Shown here: positions 26,187 through 40,490 of the stretch, in pieces
How positions within the stretch are numbered: position 1 is the stretch's first letter
Layout: the number at the start of each line of letters is the position of its first letter
Made by a program: the position numbers and the translations under genes
The notes under the pieces: model-generated
What the model was told of the DNA's origin: nothing
Database searches by the model: none
The model's input: the letters and a program-made list of their open reading frames with translations, nothing else
Source of the DNA: Octopus sinensis
Taxonomy: Eukaryota
Reading direction: 5' to 3'
Assembly (NCBI RefSeq): GCF_006345805.1
Contig: NC_043025.1
Span: 1,612,001-1,676,000, forward strand
Length of the DNA: 64,000 nucleotides

Positions 26187-26384
26187 TATATTATATAATT
26201 GGCAACAGGCGGATAAGGCACGCGAACCCGTATACCTTGGATACCGACTGAGTGCTCTACCATTAAGGTAAGCTGCCCATCCCGATGTATTACAAAGTAA
26301 ATAAGAATATGAAGCTTGAATTGCAAGAAATTTCGATAACTAGTAATTCTAACCCATATTCACTCTTTAGAATTATCATATCAT

Positions 26385-26547
26385 AGGCGCAGGAGTGGCT
26401 GTGTGGTAAGTAGCTTACTTACCAACCACATGGTTTCGGGTTCAGTCCCACTGCGTGGCACCTTGGGCAAATGTCTTCTATAGCCTCGGGCCGACCAAAG
26501 CCTTGTGAGTGGATTTGGTAGATGGAAACGGAAAGAAGCCCGTCGTA

Positions 26548-26592
<45 letters not shown>

Positions 26593-26823
26593 TATATATA
26601 TGCATGTGTGTGTTTGTGTGTCTGTGTTTCTCCCCCTAGCGTTGCTTGACAACCAATGCTGGTGTGTTTATGTCCCCGTTACTTAGCGGTTCGGCAAAAG
26701 AAACCGATAGAATAAGTACTGGGCTTACAAAAGAATAAGTCCCGGGGTCGAGTTGCTCGACTAAAGGCGGTGCTCCAGCATGGCCACAGTCAAATGACTG
26801 AAACGAGTAAAAAGAGTAAGAGT
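26385..26823 (+). mobile_element. SINE family A
   Basis: Homology to 3981-4372; absent from the paralogous flank at about 59255. Confidence 0.88.
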
Positions 26824-27575
26824 AAATCCTACGATGCAAAAAAAAAGATAGATCTTATGATATTCTTTTACCTTCCCTTTTACGAGCTTTAGATGCTGAA
26901 GTTTGTTGGAATGGTTGTGATGCCATTCAAAATAAGCTAACTAAAGAAATATTATCGAGTACTTGCAAAAGAAATTTTCATGGCAGCATGATCACGAAAG
27001 CTTTGTAAAGAGACCTAGTCAAATGAAGACATTGAGGCGTGCGCAGTCTCGTGTTAGTGTAACATTGATGGAGTGAAAGTAGACATGAACGTGTAGAAGA
27101 CTAATCTACGTCCGGTGCTTTGATTGGAATGTAGCTGTTTGTGAAATGTTGATTACTTGAACAATGACAGTTGAATGACCTGATAATACTAATTAGATAA
27201 ATGATCGTAAATCTAATCAACATGATACATTTTGCAAGTTTTAAAATTTTAGTGGAATATTTAAAATAACAAATGGAATCAATGCCTCTTCCGGTGGTAT
27301 TTGATCTTAGTCGGCGGTATTACAGTATTTCCTCTAGAAAACGAACGGTAGCAACAGATCAGATTTAATCCTTTATTTAACAATTTTAAAGCTTACATTG
27401 ATAACATTAAATTGGCAAGAAGATAGAATATCATTATAATTTCAAATCATGCAATATTTTCTGTTTCAAGCCATAGTGAGGCCCTGAAACTTGCTTAAAT
27501 TACATTATGGTGGATTATACAGTCTCTTGCATGCATAGTGTTGTATTGAAAGGTACAATTATAGTGTCGTTACAA

Positions 27576-28783
27576 AGAAAAAATATTTTATATTATATAT
27601 GGAGAAAATATTTTATATTATATATGGAGAAAATATTTTATATTATATATGGAGAACATATTATTTTATATCATATATGGAGAAAATATCATTTTATATT
27701 ATATATAGAGAAAATATTATTTCATATTATATATGGAAAAATATTATTTTATATTATATATAGAGAAAATATTATTTTATATTATATATACTTCGGGGAT
27801 GGGGGGGCATTAAAAAATTTTTTCGGGACATCCTACGTCCCAGATATAAAGGTAAAAATAAAATATTTCCACTTTGCAAGTTCGAGTCGAGTACTCCCTT
27901 GCACGCTCCGTTGACTCGAACCTTGCTTCTATTGTGGCGAATTTACCGCCTCTGATTAACCATCTGGACTATTACATTTCTGCACGCTAATTTTATTTTT
28001 AATTTATTCCCATTCATGTGAAACCACTTATTCAAGTTCAAGTCATTGATGCAATTTTATACCAATTGCTATTTTTACTTTTTTATGTTACGATTATATT
28101 ATACTTTAGTTTGATTTTAATTATTACTTACTACATATAATTCAATTGTTATTATTATTTTTATTGTTAAAGTGAAAGTATCTGACAAAATAGAGAAATG
28201 TTTTTGTTTCACTTTTAACACGTAATACTGAAATAGTGGAGAAGATATGATATTGCTATGGGCTCGCTCTAGGCAAGAAGTTGAACATCTTTTTTGCCCA
28301 TGAAACTACATTGACCCTAAGTAAGGCATGTGTAAAATTTGAATGAAATTGGTTGTGTAGTTCTCACGTTTTAGGGAATCGTAGTGGAGAAGATATGATA
28401 TTGCTGTGGGCTCGCCCTAGGCAAAAAGTTAAAAAGTTTGTTGCCGATGACACTCCCCGGACCCTAAGTAAGGCATGTATAAAATTTGAATGAAATTGGT
28501 TGTGTAGTTCTCAAGTTTTAGGGAAACACACAGAGAGACAGACACATTCTCAGTTTTATATAAATAAAGATATGGAGAAAATATTATTTTATATTATATA
28601 TGGAGAAAATATTATTTTATATTATATATGGAGAAAATATTATTTTATATTATATATGGAGAAAATATTTTATATTATATATGGAGAAAATATTATTTTA
28701 TATTATATATGGAGAAAATATTATTTTATATTATATATGGAGAAAATATTATTTTATATTATATGTGGAGAAAATATTATTTT
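27576..28783. repeat. 28-bp AT-rich minisatellite (tggagaaaatattattttatattatata)n split by an insertion
   Basis: Arrays at 27576-27790 and 28571-28783; inverted homolog at 48378-48522 and 49325-49370. Confidence 0.92.
27790..28570 (-). mobile_element. Helitron-like non-autonomous insertion
   Basis: Minus-strand 5' end a|TCtttatttatataaaactgagaatgtgtctgtc, internal about 148-bp tandem duplication, subterminal hairpin gggac...gtccc; no canonical CTAG 3' end. Confidence 0.5.
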
Positions 28784-28837
28784 GTAGCACAAAATATCAT
28801 CAAAGACGATTCTTGGAGGTTCTTTTTCGATTTTCAC

Positions 28838-28890
28838 TCAAAAGTTTGTTTCTGCTGCTATGTCCTCTGTTTCATAACCACAACGTGAAC
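28838..28890 (-). CDS. aGPCR copy 1 terminal micro-exon (SSRCGYETEDIAAETNF*)
   Basis: Acceptor tgtttccag, phase 1 matching the donor at 32463; same length and stop position in all three paralogs. Confidence 0.85.
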
Positions 28891-30021
28891 CTGGAAACAT
28901 TATGAAAAAACAAAATATTAAATTTTAAGCACATTAATTACCGGACAGTATAATATATACACCCACATATATATATATATACCCCACATACACACACATA
29001 TATATATGTATATATATAAGGAAAAATCCCGAATAAACATTTCACGCTTCTATGTAAATATAAATAAGTCTACGTATTATTATTATAATTATATTTATAA
29101 TTATAATGATACAAACTAATGCGCTGATCCTCTCTTCTAAACACATATAATACGTATGTACATATAAGTGTGTCTGAGCGGAAAAATATATATGTATATA
29201 TATTTGTGTGCGTGTGAGTATGTGTATTTATATACATATGTTCCTCATGTGTATGCAGTTTCGTTCTTACATAACTGAAATAACTTTAAGATATATTGAT
29301 TTTATAGATTACAAAATTACTCTTATAACTTTCTCATACCTCTGTTTATATTTTATCTAATATGAATAATATAATGCATGTAATATTATTAATAATTGAT
29401 TATTGTGTATGCTTATAAATGTAAATATGTATGTACATTTAAGTGTATATATCAGTATTTATGTATATTTATATATGTATGCATATGTATATGTATTAGT
29501 ATTTAAATGTGTGTGTATTTATTTATTTTATATTTATATTTATTTATAAAATCTCGGAAGAAGCCTAGAGAAACACCCAAGTACCTCAATTTCATCTACT
29601 AATTATTTCAGTCTACTGGACGAATAAAGGTAGAATGAGGTATTTTTTGATTTCACAATTTGGGTATTCCTAAAAGCAAGATCGTATGTAAGATAGTTCG
29701 GTATTCTCTGTAAACGCACAAAAGTTGTTTTAAGGACTACATACTTTGTATTGTTGTTATTGGATTAGGGAAGTAATTTTGAGGACGGCACCAAGAGATA
29801 AACCCCGCTTTTCCGGGAATTAAAGGGTACATCAGCCTTGATAGATCGCCAGCCACTAAACCGTTTTCTATTTTCTCTCCCTATTTCTTTCTGTGTTCCT
29901 TTCTGTCGAAGAGCGTAGGCTCGAAACGTAGAAGACTTTCCCACTTCCCGAGCGTTAAACTAAAACATCTGTTTGTTGTTTACACACCCATCTTCGTCTT
30001 TTGTTTTTTGTAAATTCTCAC

Positions 30022-30056
<35 letters not shown>

Positions 30057-33000
30057 GTGTGTGTGCATGCGTGCGTCTGTGTGTGTGTGTGTGTGTGCGT
30101 GTGAATGAAGGCTACCATTAGTTTCATGAAAAGAAAGTAGGAAAATATCCTACTGTCTTAACGAATCTTCAAGTCAATCAGGCGAATACCTTTAACATGA
30201 AACCAAACCAATGGTAGCCTTAACTCACAACTAAAGAAGTTATATATCCACCAATCTGGTGTTGAGCGCTCATTTTACCGGTCTACATTTATGCATATAC
30301 GTATAAATATATATATATATACTTTATAATTAGGGTTCAGCAAAGATTTGCTTCACATACCGAAGTTTAAAAATAGCAGTAAAAAAATTCAAAATACGAA
30401 TGAGAGTTCATCACCTTCCCCTGCCCATTAGCGTGTCGCCAAGTAAGATGCTTCAGGGAGAAACTGTAGTTTGTTATCAGGGAGAAAAATTCCATTATCA
30501 ATAATAACAAAGGGTAAAATTAATTAATTAAGAAGTAATCAGTAATTTTACCAAGCAGAATTCGGCATGAAAAATAACATTTCATTGTAAGCTCAATTAA
30601 TACTTTAAAATTAGGGTTCAGCAAAGATTTGCTTCACCACATACCGAAATGTAGAAATAGCAGTCAAAAAACTTAGCTATTCCTTCTACATTAAAACTGT
30701 AGTGATTTTTATTGGCGCAGATGGTTGTGAATGTATCCGGTATGTACGGTAAGCTGGAAAAGGTAATTCTTTAGTTCACGGTTAGGAACTGTGGTTTCGA
30801 TATGTATGTGTGTGACTTTATATATGAATATATTTATATTCACTCACCCTCTCTCTCTCCTTCACTCTCTCTCTCACCCTCTCTCTCGTTCTCTGTGTAT
30901 ATGCATACACACCCGCACTCATCTACTAAGGAAAGTTTGAAATTATCTTCATTTATTATCTTCTTTATTATCTTCTTTCTGTGGTTGGACTGCCTTATGC
31001 GCTCGTGTGCTAAAAAAAAGGTTGTACTCATGTAGTTACCTAACTGAAGGCTGACTTTCATCGCTCCAGTTTTCTTTCTTGTGTTACAGAGTAAACATGG
31101 CTTGCAGTGTGCCCAAAGAAAAATCAGAGATCAGTGACTGAATTTCCAAGGTGTTCCAGGGGCTGAAATTCATTGTAGGCTTTCAGCACAATACTAGGAC
31201 AGCACTCTGCCGCGTAGAAGTGACTTTGAGTGGGTGGATAAGCTTTAAAACGGTTGGGCAAACGTGAAGCAGGAAGAGGGAGCAGGGCGCCCATCAACCT
31301 CCACCACTGACGTGAAGAATCAACAAACTTGCGTAAACCGTCGAGTGATCACCGACGGCGTGGTATGTTCTCTGCAAATTAGTCAGGGTTCTGCATACGA
31401 AATCATCCACGACAAGCTTCCCTTTCTGAAAGTCTGTGCGAGATGGGTACCAAGAGAACTTATCAAAGCTCATAAACGCAATTTTGTGGAGATCTATCAA
31501 TGCTTACTTGACTCCTACAACGATGAAACCGAAGAGTTGTTTGGAGAAAATGGTCACTGGAGATGATACCCGGATATATCACTTTGAACCACAATCCAAA
31601 CGGTAGAGTATGGAGAGAAATACCCGGAATCGCAAGCGAAAAGGAAATTCAAGACTCAACCTTCCGCCGCAAAAAGGGTACACAGAATGGCTTATACCTA
31701 AATATTACCTGGAAAAGTAGTTTATAGTCACAAGTTGAAGCTATCGTGAAATGCTGGCCAACAAAGTGTAACTAGAAATTTGCCCTAAACGCCGAGGTTT
31801 GTTGTCAAGGCAAGTGTTGAGATCAATGAAAACTTTGGATTCGAGTTGCTGGAACCACCTGAATACCATGCACATCTAGGCCCTTCCGATAACCATCTCG
31901 TCGGACCGCTCAGTCTTCCTTTACGAGGTCATACATTTGTTATGGATTAAGAAGTTCAAGAGGCCGCGAAGAAATGGCTGTGCAGCCAATCGAAAACCTT
32001 CTTCTCCGACGGAATAAACAACCTTGCAGAACACACTGGAGGAGGTGCATCGAATAACATGGAGTCTATGTGGGAAAATGATGTAATTGTCTGAGACCCT
32101 GATTTTGTTTTAATACATTACAGAAACAAAAGTGTGTGTAATATATTTATATGTGTGTATATGTATGTGTCCATTTATATAAATACACACACGCGCGCGC
32201 GTATATATTTATATATGTATACACAATACACACACGCAGAGAATACAGCTATTGTTGCTGCCGTTGATGACGACGACGATTATGATGATGATAAGGAGGG
32301 GGAGGATCATGGCGATGACAACAGCAGTGTTGATATTTTTTGATGACGTCTATCGTAAAAGTGCTTGTGTTGTTGGAACTGTTGCCTGTGATTATCCCCA
32401 TCATGACAATATTGGCGATGCTTTTGGTGATACAATGGATAAAAAAAGACAAATCGCACTCACTTTTGCCGGTGGTAATTTTCCAGGGATTCGCTCTCTT
32501 TCGTTTAATCACAAACTCCTTGACGCCATCTCTGGTATCTTTCTTGTATAAACAATAGAATACGAAGATGAACATGCCTTGAAGGGTATTGAATACAAGA
32601 AAAAGGTACTCAAACACTTTTGCTGCTTCGCTAACAGCGAAGAATGCAAAGACCCATGTGAGTCCAAACAAAAACAGCAAACCAACCAGGCCCAGAACAC
32701 GTACTATACTTCTTTTGCGATCAAACCTCTTGTTTCTTTGCGGTGATATGAGACGCCATGTCACGAGAGATATCAGGATAAAGTTGAAGATGAGAATTAT
32801 CACCACGGGAGTCAGGAAAGCAACACAGAAGGAAGGTTCTGATAGCCAACAGCTACAAAGAAAATGGAAAGGCAATAAAGGAAAGAAATTCGTCAAATGT
32901 TCAGTCAATAAAATGAAGTATCACAGAAGAGATTTCGATCCAAAACAAAACGAAAAATTTCTCATACTTGCAGCAAATTAGGTATGCTATTGAGTAGAAT

Positions 33001-33073
33001 ATATTTATTGAAACTTTCAGTTTACGGACACACAGAATCACACACACATATATATATATGTATGTATTTATAC

Positions 33074-33106
<33 letters not shown>

Positions 33107-36100
33107 TGTATGTATGTATGTATGTATGTATGTATGTATGTATGCATGTATGTATATATGTATGTATGTATACTGGTCCACTGGTCTCGATGCTAGAAGG
33201 TGTTAGGAGTTCACTCCCCAGCTCGCAATTCATCGGATGCAGCTGTGAATCGTTAGCCACCTAGAGATGTACTTTTGGGTTTAAAAAATCGCAGTAGAGT
33301 CCGCTCGAATGGACAGCCATGTTAAAGTGGCTACGAATATTACTTCTCAGTACAACTACTGTGTTGATTCCTTAAAGAGATTTTAGGACTAACATTTTTG
33401 TTTATATATCAATATATATCCATATACATTGATAGACATTGTAATGACCAAAATATTTTCCGCAAAAGTTATGGAGATATTGGCAGAGTGCAAAGACCTC
33501 GAAATTGAAGAAAAAAAGATGTGGGGTATGAAGGGGAAAATAGTACCAGTAATATCTGTAGCAGTAGACATGATAAAAACATATGAACAAAATCGTGGAA
33601 GCTAGTTTTGGACAATTCAGTACTATACACTTCCCAAAACATAGTCGTGCTAGGAACAGCCCATATCGTACGCAAGACATTATCAATTCAAAACGATCCA
33701 CAAACACAAAACACTCTCTATACAGCAAATATCCAGGAAAATAAACAACCAGCAACAAGCTGGTGGATGGGTGCTACAAGAGAATGCTGATGATGGCTCT
33801 GAATAATAAATCAGTATACACTGATGATGAAGAAGTGATAGATGTACGAGCGCCTCCCAAAATTTAGCTCGAAAATAACACAGAGGAGGAGACTGAGGTT
33901 AGCTAGAGATGCTCACTGTCATTCAGAGTTGATACGGCAATCAGTGCTCCGTACATGTACACACTAGAGGAGGGAGACCGAGAATGACACATGCTGATGT
34001 CCTAAGGACGGACACTGGACTCTGGGAGACGCAGGACATAGCAGCGATGATTGAAGGACAAGAACTGCTAGAGAGAACTCGTCCATGGATCTCGGGAATT
34101 TTATCCACACTAGGTAGATGATAGTGAATTAGGTTTACCACCAGCAATCAAAGTCGTGGCTTTACCTTGGTGCTAGCTGGCCTACTATTCTACAATATTA
34201 AAAGTATAAATAAATCTAGCAATAACTTTAGTTGAACAGAGAAAATAAGGTGAATGAAAAAGAGAAATACTTACACCTCTGCGATTTTGATGTAATTGTC
34301 TGTGTTGTTAATTGCCAGGGTAATTATAACGATGACTGCTGGAAGACCTGACAACGACATTTACAGAAATGAAGATATTAATTAATATTTCAAATAATTA
34401 TTATATGACATTTGAATGAATTTTGTTGACTATGTTTTCGTTCAGAAAAATTGTCTAGTTTAAAACAAATCAATATTCTACTTCGTATCACACACTGGTC
34501 ACTTCTTACCATTTGCTCCTTATCTTCGTGGCTTCTTTCAAGAATATGTTTCAATGGAAACCAAAAATAAAATCTGAAAAGTTCTGGAGAACGTTTGAAG
34601 ATTAAATGGCATGAGGGACAACAAAAATTCGCTCACCATCTTCACATATTACTTCGTATGTCAGGTAAAAGTGCAAAATGGATTACTCTTAGGTTTCGTC
34701 TAGAGACGAGATCAGACTGCAACCATTTGCATGAAAATTCAAATAACTTTAGACTACTCTACAAGCTAGAACAAGGAGTGGGTGCTTTAGTTCTCTATAG
34801 TTTACATTTTGTCACGTATGTATAAATATTATATTTCATTCATCTTTGTATCCACGCGTTTGCATCTCTTTTCAACTTCTTGCAACACCTCAACAGTTTA
34901 CCAATCTATTCAATCCCAAATGATGAACAGCTAACCCATTACGTTTCACATAAAAATCAAATCATTCATTTGTCTTTATTCTTGACTGAACTACCACGCT
35001 GATTATTCATTGAGTTATTTAGCTAACTGCCATTTTCCTTGTTCCAAGTTGTTAAAACAATTATCCTTTTTGTGTCATTCTCCAAAACATGATATATTTT
35101 GAATTTACAAGTAAATTATACAAGTAAAAACACTGAATGAAGGAGATATTTGATTATTTTTTGATAGCTTCAAATCTAATGAGTCATCTCTTCACTGGAA
35201 TGAAAATATTAGCTAAGAATGTTTAGCATAAAATGTGACTCCGCCAGAACTCGCAGTCCGTATATCCATTGGTTCATCTGGATTTTAGCTTAAAATCTCA
35301 CTCCATCTTCAACGCACGATATATAGTCATCCACCATAACCTGGACATTTACGTACGTTACACGATGGTATTACAAAATTTAAACCGTCAAAAAATTTCT
35401 AAGTGTCTATGATTTTCTCGACGTGTTAGAAAGAGTAGCTAAATTACTTTAGATCCCATTCTACACTCTTGCTAAATGGAAGAACAAATTAGATAATGTA
35501 GTATTTGATATATTGACAAGATAATTATCGACAGAACGTTGTCAATTATAGGTCTGCCTAATCAGTTCTGAATTAGCGCCAAACTGCAACAGTAGGGTAG
35601 AGAAGTTTACAGTGAAAGTTCAGTGCTCCTGGATTTTACTATGAGACAGATCTGTAATCTAAACCGAGGTTAATTAAAGCAACGGAATTGTAATTTCTAG
35701 CTTCAAAAATGCTTTTCAATACTCTTTTCTACTCTAAGCACATGGCCCGAAATTTTGGGAGGAGGGGTCCAGTCGATTAGATCTGCCCAATTACGCAACT
35801 GGTACCTAATACATCGGCCCCGAAAGGATGAAAAGCAATGTCGACCTCGGCGGAATTTGAACTCAGAACGAAATGCCGCTAAGCATTTCACCCGGCGTAC
35901 TAACGTTTCTGCCAGCTCGCCGCCTTAGTGCTCTTAAATAGTGAAAGATTGATAACGATAAAGAAGATTCAAGACATAGAGCACTATTCCCGATGGGATT
36001 GTGAATGCTTTCTGTAAAGTTAGATTAAAGTAATACGAAAAATAAACGGAACCCCTACTGATAACTTACACAAAATTAAATCCAAGGAACATGGTTACAC

Positions 36101-36283
36101 TGTTTAGCATCCAGAGTTCAAGTTCCATCTAGGTTAGCTTTTCCCTTCAACATTTTTGGTTTAATGAAATAAATAAGACCAAGAGATATGCTGGTCTCGA
36201 ATCTTTCAAGTAAATCTTTTTCCTATCAAGTAATTTCAAATACAAAACTGAAATGTGGAGAATGAGTTTATGTGTGTGTGTGT

Positions 36284-36334
<51 letters not shown>

Positions 36335-36603
36335 GGAGAGAGAAGAGAAAGAATATGTGTGTAAGATATAAAGTTTGAGACAGAAAACCAGAAAGCCATT
36401 ATACATACCCCAAGCCAAAATTGAACTCTTCTTCATAAAAGACGTCTCGCATGTTTTGAATACAACGACCACACTTAGGAAGACATGGAAAGCTTCAACA
36501 CTCATGCACGCGAGAGATGTCAGGAGGAAGTAGTGTAAAAAGCCAGCTACTACCTACAACAACAACAACAACAAAAACAACAAAAATAGTAATAATAATA
36601 ATA

Positions 36604-36651
<48 letters not shown>

Positions 36652-37176
36652 TAGCAACAACAACAACAACGACGACAACAGGTTAATGATTTCTGAGATT
36701 GATACATGGTCTTAAATAGATATTGTTTTGTTGGGTGTTGGTATAGGGTTAACTATATCAATGTCAGTACTTCGTTGGTATTTTAGGTTTACGAACCCAG
36801 AAAGGATGAAACCCAAAATAGACGCCTGCTGAAGTTTTGACACAAAACTTAATGTTCACTGTCAATACTTTCCATTCTCACAGAATCAACCAGAGCAAGT
36901 TAGACCGACATCTTTGAGAAGTAAAACATTCATAATTATAATAGAAATCCTTTCTAATAAAGACACAAGGCCTTAAATTTGGGAGTGGGGGGACTAGTCG
37001 GTGATATCGACCCCATTGTCTCACTGCAAATTTATTGACTCGAAAGGATGAAAGGCAAAGTCCACCTCGGTGGAATTTGAACTGAGAGTGTAGCGACTGC
37101 CAAAATGCCGCTAACATTTTGCCCGGTGTGCTAACGATTCTGCCAGTTCGCCGCCTTAATAATAATAAAAATAAAC

Positions 37177-37229
<53 letters not shown>

Positions 37230-38223
37230 CCTTTCTATCATAAGCACAAGGCTTGGAATTTGTGAGGAGAGGTTAAGTCGATTAGATCAACCCCAGTACA
37301 GGTACTTAATTTATCGACCACGAAAGGCTGAAAGTCAAAGGTGGCCTCAGACGAATTTTAACCCAGAATGTAGCTGCAGGAGAAATACCTATTTCTTTAT
37401 TACCCACAAGGGACTAAACATAGAGAGGACAAACAAGGACAGACATAGGTATTAAGTCGATTACCTCGACCCCAGTGAGTAACTGGTACTTAATTTATCG
37501 TCCCCGAAAGGATGAAAGGCAAAGTCGACCTCGGCGGAATTTGAACACACAACGTAACGACAGACGAGATACCGCCAAGCATTTCGTCCTGCGTGCTAAC
37601 GTTTCTGCCAGCTCGCCGCCTTAATAATAATAATGATGATAATAATAATAATAATACTGATGCAGTACCAGGCAGTGGCTCTCATGGCTTCTGATCTTGA
37701 CTGATTGGAAGTGTTATCATGTACATTGTTTTGTCTTGGTATAAAAGATGGGCTACAGCAAATATTCTGCTCAATACCACAGATTTGCTTGTCAGTTGTT
37801 TGACCTTAACCAGTTGAGCATGTCCCTTAATGGCTGACGATATGTGCATCTCTGATCACGAGCAGAAGTAGTGGGGGAGCATCATAGCCATGTGTTGAGA
37901 GGGATTCTTTGGGGTTTGAATAATTCACCTCTGGAAACATGGGTGGTTCTTTCAACATCCTTAAACAATCCTTATTCAGAGACCTTTTGAGCGGGATGGG
38001 CTACTCAACCTGAAGAAAATTCTAACTGGGCCCCACCTGTAAGGTCATGTGCTGTTTATCTTGATATGAGATCACCATGTCGCGCACATATGGTTGTGAT
38101 GCATGTGCCTGGTGTACCTTTATCAGACGGGTAGTCATGATGGGTATATTGGGCTTCGTATATTTTACCCCAGTGTCACTTTGATGGCATGAACTGCTCT
38201 CTCACTCAATAATGTATTTGTCT

Positions 38224-38309
<86 letters not shown>

Positions 38310-38331
38310 GTATAATGATGATAATGATGAT

Positions 38332-38424
<93 letters not shown>

Positions 38425-38974
38425 GTTAGTAAGAGCTGTACCGTCTGGGTTAGAGAGGTTAAAATGCATTTGAAGTAATAGACTGTTGTTCATAACTCTT
38501 AATATAAAACAAAATATATAAAGGCTGCGAAGTCTTTTCGCTTACCTTACAACCAGCCATTGTTTGTACGTATGATTGCATCCCGACAAGGAAGATAAAA
38601 TTAGTGACAGCCAAAGAAGAGCACAGGCTTACTAAAATCTTCGAACTCATTAAATCCCATGGATTTCTGAAATAATGAAAAAAACCATTAATATTTCATT
38701 TATTGAAACAAACTCTAAAACAATCACTCAATGCATAAATAATAAAGTACGACTGTGTGTGTTGGTGGCTGGCTCAGTCAGAAAATAAAGGGGATCTTAA
38801 AATCAATAAATGTTTTATCTGTGGCTGTGTGGTAAGGAGTTTGCTTCTCAACCACATGGTTCCGGGTTCAGTTCCACTGTGTACGACCTTGGACAAATGC
38901 CTTCTGTTACAGCCTCGGCTCTATCAAAGCCTTTTGAGTGGATGCGGTAGGTGGGAACAGAAAGAAGGCGCTTT

Positions 38975-39037
<63 letters not shown>

Positions 39038-40433
39038 ATGCGCTTTTGTGTGAATGCGTGCGTGTGTGTATGTGTGCTTGTGCCTCCGTTTGACCCCACC
39101 ACTGCTTCACAACCAGTATTGGTGTATATAATCCCTTAATTTAGGGGTTCGAATAATAGCCACCGATAGAATAAGTACCGGATTTTTACATAAAAATCAG
39201 TCCTGGGGTCAATGTGTTCAACTTAAATTCTTTAAGCTTAAACATGACCTGAGTTGGTCAATAGTAAGGCATGCGAGTCCATACGACACTCTGTCCAGCA
39301 AATTCCAACTATGTTCCGAAGAATCGTTGTCTTTACTGTTGACGAAGGATGGCATTATTGATCGATTGTTTGAGAGATTGGCTAGATGCTTGCACACAAA
39401 CAAACATACTATAGCAGGTTACGATAGAAACTGTACATATGGATTACAAATTAACTACGGGGGAAAATAACAGCTTAATAATTCAAACCCATCCCCAAGT
39501 GTTCAAAATCCTGCAAGACAACTTTGGAACTACGGAATAACTCGACAAGCCAGCTACATAACGAGAACAGTGATACTGAATTTACACTGTCCTGAACATA
39601 CGCGCGTGTATACATGTATATCATATCATATCATTATAGATATATGGTAAAAGAATTATTAATTTATTAATAATGTCTCCACAGGTAGCAATACTAGTAA
39701 CTCATATAGGCAAAAAAAAAATGAAAAAAGTTCACCATGTGCGTCACAAGCAGCACCGCAGAAATCTGCAGTTTACTTTCGGGGAGTGAATTATCATTAT
39801 AGATATAGGGTAAAGAATTATTAATTTATTAATAAAATTAATAATTAATAATTTTACCAAGTCGTTCGGCATGGAAAAAAAACCATTATCGGTAAAAACT
39901 TATACAAAAAGTTTTTTTTTTATAATATACACTGGAAGTTGTTTTGATTGATGTAGAATAAAATTATGTTAGAAAAATCATTTTAAGACCTATTCCACCT
40001 ATCTCCATTTAGAATTTGTTAAATGCATACGTTTTCCATAAAAGGAAATTTTTCAGAGATATGGCTTAATTCAAAATATAATGAAATTATCAGTTGCGAA
40101 TTTTTTAAAACGGATATTTCTTATGCTACAGGCCTTAGAACAAGCCCACGTGATCTCTGGATTCATGCTGTATCTAGCATACTAAATGACCACGTACAGG
40201 TTGGGTTGCCTCTGTGTTTTTGTCTAAAAGTGAGAGGTTAAGCGGTAATACCTGACTCCTTCATGAAATCTAACACCGTCTTGGTGAGAGCTTGGTATGA
40301 TTCTGAATTTGTTTACTGAGTGGGATTAGACGACTAATCTGGGTAGGATTAGACGAATAAAGCATACAAAGGAATATGCCCGAAAAATTACACAAATTTG
40401 GAATCAAATATGTGAAAATAATTTAACGACTGC

Positions 40434-40490
<57 letters not shown>

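Larger units (their letters stand above)
27020..28837 (-). other. Putative 3' UTR/flank of aGPCR copy 1, conserved in copy 2 (about 59710-60386) and copy 3 (48328-49930, inverted)
   Basis: Alignable by eye among the three copies, immediately downstream of each stop codon. Confidence 0.7.

Noticed and set aside
26215-26280. tRNA-like segments here, at about 59085-59155 and at SINE heads as tRNA genes
   Set aside because: A/B boxes are present but no complete cloverleaf is evident; they are repeat-associated.
32249-32463. Read-through extension of the 7TM ORF as the main C-terminus
   Set aside because: A donor is conserved in both paralogs and matches a conserved terminal exon; the extension runs into low-complexity sequence. 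Kept only as a possible minor isoform.
33843-34193. Possible solo LTR (TG...CA); a similar candidate at about 18513-18795
   Set aside because: No convincing TSD, PBS/PPT or second copy in the window.
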